64,000 nt of DNA from Tubulanus polymorphus (GCF_964204645.1 NC_134028.1:7502001-7566000), one strand, 5' to 3'. Counted from the first letter of the stretch, positions 1-14,460 are shown. The notes: generated from the letters alone by a model not told the origin. Numbers and translations are program-made.

Positions 1-851
1 AACTGACACCATTTTACCGTAAGGACGAAATTAATTCCACACGGTCTGAAAATTTCGCGTAAATTACATCCAAAAATCGATACGGCACAGCGCGAGGCGC
101 TAAAAATAAATACAGCATATAAAAGAAAGAGTAAAGAGATACAAATTCAAACAACTGCTATCATCAATAAACAAAAGCCAAGACAAAAATGATGAAAGCT
201 TAGCAGCGTTTGATGTTTACTAAATTCGACATTTTTGCGACACTCTTTGAAACCTGCTTACTCGAATTAGGACCGATACGACGCGCGGATGTAAACGTTT
301 CGTGCACTCGTGACCTGTCAAAGACGAAGCGTTTTTAGGTTGTTTTTGTATTTCAGAAGCAGCAACTCTGATAGATTGCATCATAAGATGATTTATGAAA
401 AAAAAATCTGAACACAATATTCGAAGACGTTATTCTTCAGTTTGAAAGAGAACGTGGCGTCTCAAATCCTTATTAGATCCTTTGGTACAGTTTAATGAAA
501 AGAAGACTTCATCGTATTTTTTAAACGTGGAATATTGCCTTGCGTCACGGCCATATGATTTTTTTGTAAGATAAAATTTCGACCTTATTAACTCGATATA
601 CTTCGACTTTGTTACTCGAAATTTTTCAGTTATAAAGTTGAATTTTCGACTTGGAAAAAAATGATATGGCCCCAATGATCTTCAATAGGCATGCTCATCA
701 ATATATAAAATCTATGATCTAGACGCCAAATTTTGACATTTCCAACCTATCTACAACGGGTTTGGAAAATATATTGAATTCCATTCTGGAGTTATAGGAA
801 CTAGCTTTTTCTTGAAGGTGACAGTTAAAAAACGTTACAAAACGTCCCCCC

Positions 852-943
852 TTCACCAAGAACCTTAATGTCTGATGCTGGTTACACTAGGATCGTAGAG
901 CGACGGAGATCTGTAGAGACAACCACACTGTCAGGACTGGGTG
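852..943 (+). repeat. Short dispersed repeat (family B), copy 1
   Basis: TTCACCAAGAAC..TGTCTGATG..TACACTAGGATCGTAGAGCGACGGAGATC..CAGGACTGGGTG recurs almost identically at 45347-45441. Confidence 0.85.
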
Positions 944-1882
944 TTCTAGTGGAACATGTTGACAAGATGTCTGATAGAGAAATTGTCTCGACTGCGGCCG
1001 TGGGGAAAAAGTATTCGTTCAGGCATTAGTTACGAGCAATAATCGTGTAGCAAGAAATTTTCGTGCAACAGGTCATGACACGACAAATAAAAACGCATGA
1101 ATTACACGCGAAAAAATCGATTTTGTCGTCGCAGGCCCGCACGACACGAGTTGAAGTTCGTGAAAATAATTTCAAACCGAGATTTACTTGTTGAAAAATT
1201 AAATCGTGCGGAATCTCCTGTTTATAAGATTTTCGCCGTAGATCTCGCCGGTGAATGTTTCGGATATTCGCATCTCCCACGTGTCATTTTAAGTGAAATC
1301 TTGCACGAATTCTGCACGAATGAACATATTCGTCGTTAATCAAACACAAAATCTAGATTTTACTTCAGGATATGAGTCGATTTATCACATCCCTGGTTTC
1401 ATAGTAGTATTTTGACATTTGCGAGTTGAGTCAGATCACCGAAAGATCATTATCTTATATATTATTATCATTGCTATTATATTGCTCTGGCAAACTGTAT
1501 AAAACTATCTTTAAGAATAATTCAAATTGAAGCGGATTGGACTACTTATTGATAAATCCGTTAATTCAGTCCTAGAATTGTGGCCGAACTGCGGACAATC
1601 TGCACAACTAAGTCGACCATACTCTGAAACTGGCTAGATATGGTTAATAAGGATTCCGTGTATCATTGTATGTCACGTCGAAAATATGTTATGCCTAGAA
1701 ATTCGTTTTGTTTCATAGCGACTAGTCCACAGAAAATGTTCCCAATTTTTCACAATTCTTAATAAAAGATGTTCTCAATGGATTAAACCCCGAGATGCAA
1801 CTCCATCTATATCCATCAAGTTTTTTCCTACCACAAGTTGAGACGCCCCTATACATCAGCTAATTAGACTCGAACGAAATTC

Positions 1883-2490
1883 TGACGCCGTAAAAACCGT
1901 TACAATAATGTTTATATACATTGATACCTAGTATGCGTTATTCAAGCGATACTGTGTGAGTCGATGTGCACTACGTTATCAATATTGGCGTTTCAAAATA
2001 ATATATAATATAATATACCTTATTTCCACTAAATATTACAATATATCATTATACATTATAAAAATGAAGTTAAATGAAATATTCTAATATTAAGCAGTTA
2101 ATACAGTTGATTGTGAATCTTGGCGTTAATTTTGCATTTAAACATTTAATTTCCGGGTTCTTTATTTTCTATTCGATAAATGTCCATGTCTTTTTGATAA
2201 CGAATTTGAATTACGTCATCGATATCGGGGTGGGGGTCTATTCAATTCAATTGTCGATAAATTCAAATTCAAAAAAACTTTATTGATACTAAACATTATA
2301 ATCATTATATCATTCATTGTCGATAATAATAAAAATAATAATAATAATTTATATCCACAATAGATTACAACATGCCATAAAGATATACAAAAATATGCAA
2401 GTATGGGACATTTTATATGTGATATTAGGCATTAAATGTGTTGTATTTTCTTCAAAGCGTCAACAAACTTATTCTTTTTTCTTGTTTAAG
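1883..2490 (+). repeat. Dispersed non-coding repeat (family A), copy 1, with AT-rich interruptions
   Basis: TGACGCC..ACAATAATGTTTATATAC..GATACCTAGTATGCGTTATTCAAG..GATGTGCACTACGT..CAATATTGGCGTTTCAAA is shared with 8805-9150, 27880-28227 (reverse) and 50553-51245 (partial). Confidence 0.8.
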
Positions 2491-3953
2491 AACTAACTGT
2501 GATGCCTTAATCGCGATTGAGAGTGACGTCATACACGAGCAAGAGAAGAAATATTGTTTTCATCGAGGCGAAACGCGATGAAATTCCGATGAACCCGACG
2601 AGAAATCACGTACCGGTTTTATGTGTATGTGATTAATTAGGCGTTTACACATTAGAGAGCTTGTTTAAAACACACTCTGTTTGATTTGTCTAATTCAATT
2701 TCTCTACCCGAACGCGCGCTGAAACGTGGAAAAATTATTCGCAGCCGTTAGGCGCTCTCTCATCAATCAATTTCTCCAACGACCTTGACAATTTTGCCAT
2801 CGCTATTCATTTCTTTAATTTGCGGAAAATATGTAAACGCCGTAGATTCTTTCCAATTTCCATTATTGAGTAAATATTTGAATATTTGATTTTCGATAGT
2901 GATTTCTGAAGTGATATACCGGCATAAGTCTCTCAATCACCTGTGCCATTTTCTCTTTACCTTATTTCAAACATATCCAAAACTAGTACCAAAGTTTTCT
3001 CAAAGAAAGTCTTACGCGCGAGGCAAAAACCTCATTTTTTCAATATTCTCTTATTCAATCATAGGCAAGAAAATAATTGGAAGTTTGAAACATGACACCC
3101 AGCTGATTAAACCCGATGTTTAATTCCTTCTGAAATCGATAGGACAACGACTAAGATGGCCCACGGGCGTCCTTCGTGTCGTTAGCGGTACAACTCCTTT
3201 GGGAAATATAAGAAAACTTTTCATTCAACGAGAAAAAATGAACACGCGTTTTAATCAGCCGCGAAACTCACACAGATTCCGCAACGAATCGGGAAAATTA
3301 CGACGAAATTGCGTCGTGGATTCTTTTTTAAATATTTTCTCGTTAAGCGAAGTACGGGGGTGGTTTAAGTATCAGCGCTCATTACCAGAGGTGTTTACTC
3401 GGCGAAATGTTAGTTTTGGGGCTTGTGACGCATGAACAAGAAACTCGTCGAAAAACCGTTTTGACTGCGTTAAGTTATTCCATTCAACGGCTCAATGGGT
3501 TTACATCTAATTGAGTTTAACTTGCTTTCGACGAAACTGACAGACCTGCATTTCTAATTCTAAGAGTATGTTTCGGCATAGACACTTTGACTTTTTGCAT
3601 TTTTTGTCATCCATTGACTGAAAAAATATACTTGCATCATACTGCAATCGTATATGATAGCTGATTCTCCGTTTTGGCACCCAAACGAAAGTTTGTTTTG
3701 GTGCGATCGCCAAAAACAGAATTCCATTTTGGCAGGGGCCCCCGAAACGGAAAATACTTCGGGGCACGCCAAAACGGGCTTTTAAAGGATATTCGACGTT
3801 TTCCTTTCGTTTTGGCGTTCTGACGTTCTGGATCCCTCATTTGCATACCAGGAATTTTACGTTATGGTCCTAATTTAAAACCACCATCGCAATCGCTACA
3901 AAACATAGCATCTTTAGCGTCGAAAGCTTATTCTTGGGTTATGCTAAAAGTCC

Positions 3954-4073
3954 GGAGCCGGTTTTATAGACCAGATACTGAGATAAACCCGGGGAACGTC
4001 TTTGATCTAGGATTTACATATGTTCCCGATTGTTAACTCTTAAAAACTAACACCCACCAATATAACCGGTTCC
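3954..4073. mobile_element. Small MITE, GGNGCCGGTTTTATAGAC family
   Basis: Ends GGAGCCGGTTTTATAGAC and TATAACCGGTTCC are inverted; same left end as 30582-30692. Confidence 0.55.
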
Positions 4074-5919
4074 TTAGTTACAGACCTGTGGAGGAAGAAA
4101 CCATCTTCTAAGACCATTATACAAAGACTTGTATAGGAATTCGTTTTTTAGCTCTGCAATAGAACACAGCAGACAACCGCGTGTGAAGCACATCACGCGT
4201 AGCGCTAGTGTCGGTACCAAGCACTTTTTTACATTTGAACGTAATTTCCATCCAATTCCGTCGACAAATTTTCAATGAAACTCACATTGGTCACAAAATG
4301 ACATCGTACAGTGAGTTACATATATACCAAGGACTAGCGTGACTTTTTAGAATATTTGAAGTAAATCAGTTATCGAAGTAAATCAGTTACGTCATAGGGT
4401 AACGATCTAACCGCGGGGTCCGCCATTCATTTCATGTATACTCAATAACATTTCAAAAAGCTTTTAAAACGCATGCTTTTGAAAGCGATTTCCGTACCTC
4501 GGCGTTACTTCCGGAAGACGAATGACTAGCAGCTCTACCCCTAGCAGCACCAGCGTCGTACGAACAAAAAATGCCCAATTTCAAAACATTAACATTAAAA
4601 AACCCACGTGGAATACATGGAATTTCCATCTAAACATTTACTGTATTGAAGTGGGAGATTATAACGGCGCGCGCAACAAATTTCATCGTCGCTAATCCCG
4701 AACAGGTGGCTGCAATCTACATCACTTATATACTCAGCCACACGCATGTTTGCCTATAGCGATGTCTGGTCGCTGGTTATTTATCTAAAATAAAGTCCGT
4801 TATAATCACTTTACACAAGTTACCAGAATTAAATCGAACCCCAACGTCAGAAAAGAATTAAACAGGTTATAATCACATTCCCGGGATTACATTTATATTG
4901 AGCTACTTCGTTTTTTTGTATATCCTATAGAAATTACCATATTGAAATATTCCAGATGTTTATTTTGAATAAAAAGAATTTCGACATGCATAGAATTCTA
5001 ATTTACAGCAAATAGAACCTTTTTTACCGCGATTCTATAACGGCTGTTCGTTCGAGTGCACTTCAAACGTCTAGGTGATAATCATCAGAACGACAACTCC
5101 TAGTTCGAACACAGTTGCATAAGGAAGGCTAGCTTATGTTGACCTGCGACTCGACGCCTACCGATGCAAGTAAGTAGTGGCCTACGATAGGTCACCGTTG
5201 CCGTCATGCTCGACACAAGCCGGCAACCCGACGCCTACCGACTCATCGTCGCAAACCGTGTCCGGCCCGTTTTTTCGGCCTAGCCCGACGGTTGCTATCG
5301 AGCGCAAACGAACTGAGTTGCGATGCAACGGAACTCAGCTCGGGAATTCCAGCCAATCAGAGGCCGCATATGCATAGCACAAATTGTGGCCACTAGTCAG
5401 CGTCATTAGTGTCAAGTCATAAACTTCAAAGCCTTTGGCAACCCGACGATAGCCAACTAAGACTTTAACGAAACCTATTGATATTTAAACTTCACAGAAA
5501 AGCCATTGGTATAAAATTCCCCAAGACGCCGTGTACTTTTGATGTAGGTAAAAGATGAAAGTACAACAAGATACGTATTCTAATTAGTGAAATCTTCTTT
5601 GTGGTCTCGGTACACCTTGATATTCTAGCTACATGCAAAACAAGTATAGGGAAAAGTCAATATGATAACGGAATCAGTGATCCGTGTTGAATTTTAATCA
5701 AATCAAAATCCATCTTTTGCTGTTTGGAAGATGAAATCAGGACTTTCATTCGTGCTTTATTAGGTCTCAACAAGTTATCTAATTGGATTGGTGTTGTCGT
5801 TTTCAATTATTTCCACTGTACCTTTCGCTTCAGCTGCGGCTGACTGGCATAAAACGAAAATTCGATAGTCCTGTTAGTTTCCAGGTTCTACACCAGATGG
5901 CCTATACATGATAGAAATA

Positions 5920-6282
5920 AAATCGAGTAATCATCGTTTATCTTTTGACGAGGATATATATACGAAAAAGAAAGAAGAAAGGTTGTACAATATGCAATCC
6001 AGGCGAAATTGGTGATGAATACAATTATCTAATGATCTGTCATTCTCACACCAAGCTGAGAAGAAGATACCTAACAAGTTACTATTACAAAAATCCATCC
6101 GAGCTAAAATATTACGAGTTTTTGAATACGAATGACCCGAAATTATCAATGAATATTATAGATGTTGAAATGTTCTGTAAATATTTTGTTTCTTACATAG
6201 TGCATCAATATGCATGTTTTTCTATATCCTTATACAATTGACATTGTCAAGATGAAAGTTATCTTATCTTATCTTATCTTAT
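5920..6282 (+). mobile_element. 5'-truncated LINE 3' end (ORF2 C-terminus plus tail), RTE-X/L2-group-like
   Basis: Translates SSNHRL then, after a frameshift, CTICNPGEIGDEYNYLMIC..LRRRYL..YYYKNP, a degenerate C-x2-C..GDE-x-H..C knuckle. Ends in (ATCTT)n at ~6259-6282. Homologous to 47335-47790. Confidence 0.8.
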
Positions 6283-6377
6283 GGGGGAATTAGTTCATCG
6301 TTCGATCTATTATGAGTTCGTCGAAATAAACTAAGCTAATCTGAACAAAACTATGGAAGGGTACACAGCATCAGTCC

Positions 6378-6844
6378 CAGGGTTGGATCCAGGGACCACT
6401 GTTAAGGTAGCACAAGGCATAATCAACGACGAACGAGGGGCCCAGAAAATTTAGAAAGTCTACTACTTTTTAGTGCAATTTCCATGCAATAAATGAAGTC
6501 CTGATGCGAATCATTTCTCGAAAGTTTACTGCATGTATATTCCGGGCCATAACGATGAAATCCTTCAGAGCCTATTTGTTATAAATTATCTGCCTCGTCT
6601 AGTTAAGATGTGCTTTTTTCTACTTTTGCGATGGATTTAGGCGACTAAAACCAACCTTTCATTTTTTCCGGAATTGAATGTGCCTTTTCGATCAAAATCA
6701 CCAGCCTCGTCTCTGTGCCCTTTTCTACTTTTGGAATCGATAGGAGACGACTTAAAAGTGCCCTTTTTACTTTAGGGATGAAAAAGAAAATGGAATATGG
6801 GCACGGAATCTTCCCTACTGTGCTACCGTCTGAATCTGCACCCG
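6378..6844. mobile_element. MITE, CAGGGGCGGATCCAG-type family
   Basis: Left CAGGGTTGGATCCAG, right CTGAATCTGCACCCG (degenerate TIR). Internal TGCCCTTTT and TGCTNCCGTC motifs are shared with 47803-48125. AGTCC flanks both ends. Confidence 0.55.
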
Positions 6845-8804
6845 AGTCCTTATCTAATTCCTTTAAAGAACGGATAGCGCACGTTTTACCACCTTTTGGA
6901 CGAAGGGTACAAAAATAAGTTCGCATCTGTCGAAACTTATTTGTGTAGTGAAATAAGCAGAGCTCATTTTGTGACAAATATTGAGCTATAAACGGCGTAA
7001 GTAAAACTAATGTACAGCTCGTGAATAGTTAATGTGAGTCTTCACGGGTCGAGAATCTCCCGGGTTACTAATTCGCTCGTCGACCATATTTCAACTGATG
7101 ATGATAAATCTAGCAAATATTCAAAATAAAAGCGTTTCGTTATCGGGTTTTAATTCAAATCCCCGTACGCTTAACACCATCAACACACGCGCCCGATTCC
7201 CGGCGCGGATGCCAAGTAAAAAGAAACCTGCTACAAAACTACGCACGTCGTTAACGCGCTGTATCTATATGACAGGTCTCACGTCGAATTAGAATCCCAT
7301 TTAAAACGACTATAACCTCATTAACAAGGAATTCGACGCCGTTTCATCGGGATTAAAGCCTCGTCTGTATACATCGTTCGGAGGGATTAATTCTTTCGTA
7401 AAGTTTGATCCCCGATAGAACGAGAAAAAAACTCCATTTCAATGCGAGAATTCGATATGAAAATGACATGACATGACTGCGGCTTAAGACTTTACCTACG
7501 ATAGTTTTTTTAGTGTAGAAAGCGTCAATTCTTAAAAAAGGTCTTCACTCTAAAGAGCTTTGACTGTTGGCTTAATAACCTTTCCACTGATTCGTTTCTC
7601 ACTGGTATCGTATCGGAATTATTTACGATATAGTTTTTTTTTCCATCATTATCGAAACAGCCAATGGCTAGTGTGGTTTAAGAGACCCGGAACGTGAGCT
7701 GAATGACGAACATATGATCAAGACGTAAGGCAGGAAAGAACCCTATAATCTGATTGGAAGGTGCGCGCGTTAATGCGATATTTCTGACCGATGGATATAC
7801 CTAATACATAACAGACCGGTAAGAACCGATAAAAAGTCAATTCTTACTTCAAACAGCAGTACTACCCACTGACAAGTACGGTGTGCGCAAAGAATTAGCG
7901 GTTTTTGCCTCGCCAGTTAAAATTGCAAATGTCAAACATATTATTGGTATTGGCCTTTCATGACGACAAATCTAATCTAACATTTGAGTTTATATGCTAT
8001 GTTACATCTTTTTCTGGCCATTCCACCTGGATGACGGCTGTTAGTCAACAGCCGAAAGGTTGTGGTTTCATTCTAATGAACTATATCGTATATGATATGA
8101 CATTCAAATCGTGGGATTACTTCATTTACCTATAGTTTGAAACACGGATTATAGTGTCTTATTCGATTACCTACTACCTTAGAAGATATCCCATAGTGCG
8201 CGTAGAGCTTTACGTTAAGAACTTTTTTGACACAGAACAATGGCACCGGATAGATAAACACCGTATCGAGTTTCATGATGACACCGTTTGCTATTTTCGA
8301 TGCTAATAATGTCCAATTAGAACTTCAATATTGTACTTATATGTAAGATGTCTTTGTATATATTATATAATTTTTCATAAAATAAAACTTCCGTAATAGA
8401 AAAAACGAAGTTTGCTTGCTATCTACATCTATGTATGTATACATGTATCTCGACGCCGCCAAACATCGATTGCAATTGCCGTTGAACCAGTAGTGTTACT
8501 GATGTTTCTGTATAAACACAACCGGCGGTGCTTAGTTTACGCAATAACATGCAATTATCCGAGTTGTGCCTGTAAATATATTTACATTTAAGATCAATCG
8601 AAGAAAATCAAACAGAATTTCTAAGCTAGGATTTTAATGCGTAATCGCGCCGTGCAGATGTGGTATAGGAGAGCGAGTACAGTGGGCGACCATCGCAAAA
8701 ATGAATGCATGATATTCATTTCTTGTCGCTCGCTTCATAATCCGCATTTAATCTGATATAAATACGTATCTATCCTTATCTGATTTTCTGTTTAGTTTTT
8801 TTTT

Positions 8805-9150
8805 AATAATGTTTATATACGTTGATACCTAGTATGCGTTATTCAAGAGGTTCTGTGTGAGTTGATGTGCACTACGTCATCAATATTGGCGTTTCAAACA
8901 ATTACAATTGTGAATTTCGGCGTTCATTTTGTATTTAGATATATTTCATCACTCTTATTTCATTTTATATGTCATCAATATATCAGGCTAGACTGGTCTC
9001 CGGTCATCGATTTATCTAAATCCAAAATGCTTTTATTGATCCTTAATGATATATACTTCATATTATATTATTTATTGTCGACAATATTGAGCAATTATGC
9101 GTTTTCCAAGCCGTTAATAAAAGTGCAAGTTAGTTTTCTTGTTGTATTAC
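8805..9150 (+). repeat. Dispersed repeat family A, copy 2
   Basis: Near-identical to ~1903-1998 over the first ~95 bp, then colinear with the other copies to GTTAGTTTTCTTGTT. Confidence 0.8.
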
Positions 9151-10752
9151 AATTGAAAGTATAGTTGACATTGGTATTTTCTGATTTTTTAGGTTTTCAC
9201 TAAATCTTTGTAAAATCCAAGGTGATATAGTTCATTTTGATTTTTTTTTGCGAGAACGGCCCCATTCGAAAGTGGAGAACGATTCATTCAATTTCACCAG
9301 ACTCTGAATAAGTTATAGTCTGTTCACACATCACGGACCTTGAATGAAAAACTGAACTCATCGATTTCCGTTGGATTGGGGAAATTCATCAAAGTCGGTA
9401 TCGGGCGATTTTTAAAAATGGCTCATTGGAAACAGCCAATTCAGATTCTGGAGTGTCCTTCGCTGACGTCAGGTTGCAGAACCTGATGAGCTCTTGAGAA
9501 ATTAAGTAAATTCACCAGAACTTGCGTGTGGGTTGATTTTTCCTTTCATTTAAATTGCCATTAGAAAGTGGCCGTTTTATTTACTTCAGTGACGTCATCC
9601 TGTTAAATTCTCGTTACATGGGTGCCCTAAAATGCCAGAGTTGCCCTACATTTTACGGCAAAATAAGATAAATTAAACTGATGCATAAACAAGTCTAAAT
9701 TCATAAACTTTTCTCATGTATTCCCAAAAATGAGTTTATTTTGCCCTTATTTTTGTGCAAAAATAAACTCATTTTTGGAAATACAAGAACAAGCTTATGA
9801 ATTCAAACCTGTTTTAGGTTATCAGTTTATGTTAGACTATATAGAATATCCCTATTTTTGGGAATGCACCCTCCCTGAATCAGAGCCTGTTATACCCCCG
9901 CGAGGATTCACGAAAATCTGTGCTCGGCGCGATTTCCACCCTGCCTGCACTCCCGGCTATTACGACCACGGCGCGTCATTTCGTGGCGCCGATCGATGAG
10001 TTATAGCCCGGACCACGGAAACTAACGACTGTTCGTTGTTATAAGGCAACAACCATGCAACGGGGGTGTTGATAAATTATCTATTTCTCTCTTTCGCTCC
10101 CGACTCGCTCCCCGCGCTGTCCGCTAATATCATCGCGGCGCAAAAAATGACCGCTACGCGCAGTAATTACACCGGTCTCTCGGTTCATTTGTTATACTTA
10201 TCTAACGCCCATCTCGCAGTCGTATGTATCTACTAGTAGTTGAGATATAATCTTAGCACGTAACACCGATATACATATGAGTGCAATGAAAGTAGCAATA
10301 TATCTCTTATCTAAAAGACGAGACGAAATTGGTATTTTCTAGTTGACCATTTATCCCCCTACCCTGCGTACAGTGGCTTGTATTCTGCTCTAGCTATTCG
10401 GCTATTGGTCTGAGATCGATCTTTGGGGTGGTTTACTAAAATTGATATTTTTTCGAGGAGCAATTTACTGCCAATGAATATAGCGCGAATGTAACGAATT
10501 GTATATCAGACACCAATTATTTTAGGGAATTTCATGCGTTCGCCGCGACGAAGTTATGACGTCTGAACGAGTCAGATATGTTGACTGTTAAGTTATAAGT
10601 TACATTTGACTGATGATTCTGATAACGCGAACTGGACGTTCAGCGGTTCTCATAAATAGTGTTCGTTCATCATCTCAAACCTGTCACAAAGATTTTTAAG
10701 TCGACGACATAAGCCAGCCTTCAAATGCTATATTGTTCACTCGGATTTCAGT

Positions 10753-10800
10753 GAGCGGTGTGGACGAGTGGTAATAGCGGTCGTGGGTTCGTATTCCCCG
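10753..10800 (+). mobile_element. Fragment of tRNA-derived SINE head
   Basis: GAGCGGTGTGGACGAGTGGTAATAGCG-GTCGTGGGTTCGTATTCCCC matches the head of the SINE at 40780-41104 with an internal deletion; A and B box remnants. Confidence 0.55.
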
Positions 10801-13573
10801 TATATTCCTCTATAATACCGATGGATCGAATTGAAAGTGCCATTGAACATTGTATCAGTGGAAGGGTCGCTATAGAAATGTGAAACCCGCAAAACCAGCT
10901 TCATCAGATGGCTCTGACGAGCAGTAGGTCGTCCATTGTCAAAATTAATTTTTCGATGAACTTTGAACTGGATTTTTAGACTCACGAATCTATATATTAT
11001 CACAGCGCCCACCAAATATATGTACATTGCCTTTACTTTCCTACTCGGATATCGGTACCGTTTTCATAAATAGTCGATTCATTTATAGAAAAATTCATTC
11101 AGATTCAACCGAAATGTGGAAGATATCGAATGCGGTTGACCAACTATCTACTAGCGAACCTTGCGGATCCTCACCTGCCATACGTGGAATCCTCGATTAC
11201 CGAAGTAGAGCACTGCGGGCACCCATTTGAATAACTATGAATACCAGTTAAGATCAATTTAAAATGTTGATATTCTCATCGGTCCTTGCCTATGCATACA
11301 TTCTAATTCGACACGATATCAGCACAGACACATGCTAACATTTCTTTGAACGGGTCATTATGAAAATTCGCTCTAATACGGTGTTATGTGTTTCATTAAT
11401 CTCAATGGATCCGAAACACCTGCAGTATGTAATAGCCTAATGTTTATTGCAATAATCCGAAAAGTAGATAGACTTAATGCACGATAAGAAGTAATCCGAA
11501 CTAACATTATATTAAACCCACAAAATGATATCCCCCTCAATTATAGTTTAGTTTCCAATTTTTGACGAGTATTATGACTTTTTTGATGCACGCAAATTGA
11601 TCGATGTTGGACATAATGATGGGCGCACGAATGGCACCTGAACAGTCACCCCTTTTTTAATTATTCGGAACACGAATTTTTTTTTCAATAAAAAAATGGG
11701 AGGGCGAAGGGTTAAAATGAAAATCAGAAAACAATTTATGATAGGCGTTTCAAAATGCAGGACAGGAAAGAAAATTAAGATAATTTTTTCTAATTATTCA
11801 AGTTTTTTCCACATAAAACTACAAGGAATGAAATAAGAAAGGTAAGGAAACCGTGGTTAATTTGATTCAAATGATACGAGAAATGAAAAAAAAAGTTACC
11901 GGATTGTACGGAAGCGTCCTGGGGATTGCAAATCAACATAGGCAAAACAATTTTTTTGTTAAAAGATTGCGATGAAAAGACGAAGAAAAACTTTTAAGAA
12001 ATTTATCTTATTCGATGATTTTGATGATGCAGAATTTTTTTTTAAATGTCAATTAGCCTATAGAATCTGGCAACGAGCCAACCCTGAGTTAAGCGTGTTT
12101 TGAGACCCATTTGTTGAATCACGTGCACTAGCTATCCAAAAAAATTAAACTGGGTAATCGGGAAAACAAATCGCGTGCTGTATGTTGCTTTTGGGCGTAT
12201 TTCGGATCACTAAAATACATAATTTGTGCCCGAACCTGAACAAAACTTCGCGACCAGTGTAGCCAATTGAGCATAGCAAGTGAAGCCGCTGTTTGGCAAA
12301 TCAAAGCTTTCTGTAATCAGTCTATTGGACAAATTTGCCGGGATCATCCCCGGAGACATTTGCTGCCTTTCAGCCTTTATGACGTCCTAATGAAATAGCC
12401 ACTTCTAATTTGTCATACGCGTGTCTATAATACTGGATTAAGTTAGTACTGTCGATGAGTGCACAACTTCGCAGGCTGCGTTATTAATTACATTATCTAC
12501 GCGTCCACTAGTACCGATCCGAAACCCGTTCAAAGGATATAACGATGTCTTACAGAATTTCATAGAAAAAAACTGAAATAACCTTCCCCTCCCTTTGCAG
12601 AGAACTAAATCTGATCTATAAAATCGGGGTTGAAGTTAAGACCATTCCAAGCACCAACTGGTCCCAAATCCATGGATTAACTAAATCTGATATTCCAACT
12701 TGCATTCTTATTTGGGAAGCGGCAATTGAATAAGGCGCCTCGACTGCCATTTATTTTACCTCCTGCAGTTATGTCGGTATTGCGAAATTTTTGCGGTTTC
12801 TTTTTAAACCGTTAAGCCAGTCTATCTGTCATCCTACGATCGACGGCGTGCTTCCCGTTTGTCATGCGGGCTTTCGCAGTACTATTTTATCATTCATCCC
12901 ATCAAAAAAGGCTTTCGCGTACACTCCCATCGTCGTTACTTCCCTCACGACTTGAGTAGATATTTTTCATTCGTTGTCTTTTTCATTACCTCATTTCCAT
13001 TTCTACCAGAACGAAAACGTTCTTTTACGTGTAACCTGTTTAACCGAAATCGTGGTGCGATTTCGTGTATTTGGCGACGAATTATCAAGTCATAGTCACT
13101 ATTAAATCATCATAAGATTCAGATATATCAATCAAAAGCCCGTTACGCCAACAACCTTATACCAAAAGTCATATACTAATTAGCATCGTCTCACGGGTAA
13201 ACTTCGTACCTGCGGACGGCAGATATTGTCATGAATCATATGAAAGATAAGGTTATTGAAAGGAGGTTATTATTCAGCTCATGCTCAGTTTTCAAATCCA
13301 GATTGAAAGCATTTGATAGAAGGAAAATTGCGTTGGTTTAAGTTTTTATTTCCACGCTATTATGAAAAATATATCATTAGAAATACCGTGGAACGAATGC
13401 GTCTAGATATTTCGGATTTTGGGTGAAAAGTATTTTATCCTGATTTACTAAATCGGGATAAAATCAAAAAAAGATGAAAAATTAATCAAAATTATTTTTC
13501 TTCTAGCAACGAACGCAGAATTATATCCGATAAAAATGTTTTTTGATAATATCCTCAGGACACTTTCGTATAT

Positions 13574-13651
13574 GGATCTAGTTCCACACGTTTCTGACTG
13601 GTACATATCATGTGGATCTAGAGAGAAAATACTCAACTTTGGAACCGGTCC
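13574..13651. mobile_element. Degenerate small MITE, GGATCCAGTTCCACA family
   Basis: GGATCTAGTTCCACA .. TTGGAACCGGTCC; termini resemble 26212-26312. Confidence 0.45.
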
Positions 13652-14460
13652 TAAAAATGACTGCTACGGTCCTTCGTCGCCACACTAGCCCGTCACACCT
13701 TCATGTCGAGGAAATAAGTACATTGAGAGAACTAGATGTGTGGGATCAAGAGCAACCCACGCGATACAGATTCATAATTCACCCGGGGGGCAAATTCGCG
13801 GAGCCCGATCCATGCGGAAGTCAATTTAGGATCTAAACCCTTTTTGAACTCCCACACTGGCCCCCGCCGTCACAAGCCAAACGTCGAAATGATATAGAAA
13901 TAAAAAATGATCCCATCTTTAATTGATTTTGTTTCTTTCTTTCTTTTTATGTTTGATAAAACGTCGATATTTCAATTAAAGGCAACAAAACGAAACCGGA
14001 AAAACATATTAAAACGAAATATTCTCTCTTCTTGTATTGGCGTTCGTTGGATCCATGGAGGGGTTGAGCGTATTCCCGAAGCTCAACGGGCCGAAATACT
14101 TATAAGTAAAGGGAGCGACTGTTATTATGTCAGAAGGCACGAAGATCGTGAACCAACAGTGTGTGAAGCTTAATTAGTTGACATTGTGATTTGGCTATAT
14201 TGGATTCGACTGTCACGCTAATGCTGTCGCGTGGCGAGTCACTGGATAAAGTAGATTCCGACAAGCTCATCTGTCACATGGGTATATTCATCACTGGACG
14301 ATCATGTAAGCTAGATAATGGCCTAACAGCGTCGACACGAGTAATAACTTGTAAGAACTGCGACTACAAAATGGTCTCTACCGATAAAGAAACCGATGCC
14401 GTATAGCTGTTCGCTGGGATTTCCGCTGACTCCGCCATCATGAATATGACCTTTCGGTCC

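Noticed and set aside
3660-3825. Cluster of TTTTGGC/GCCAAAA inverted motifs as a MITE
   Set aside because: Probably a decayed element, but the termini and TSD could not be defined and there is no second copy in the window.
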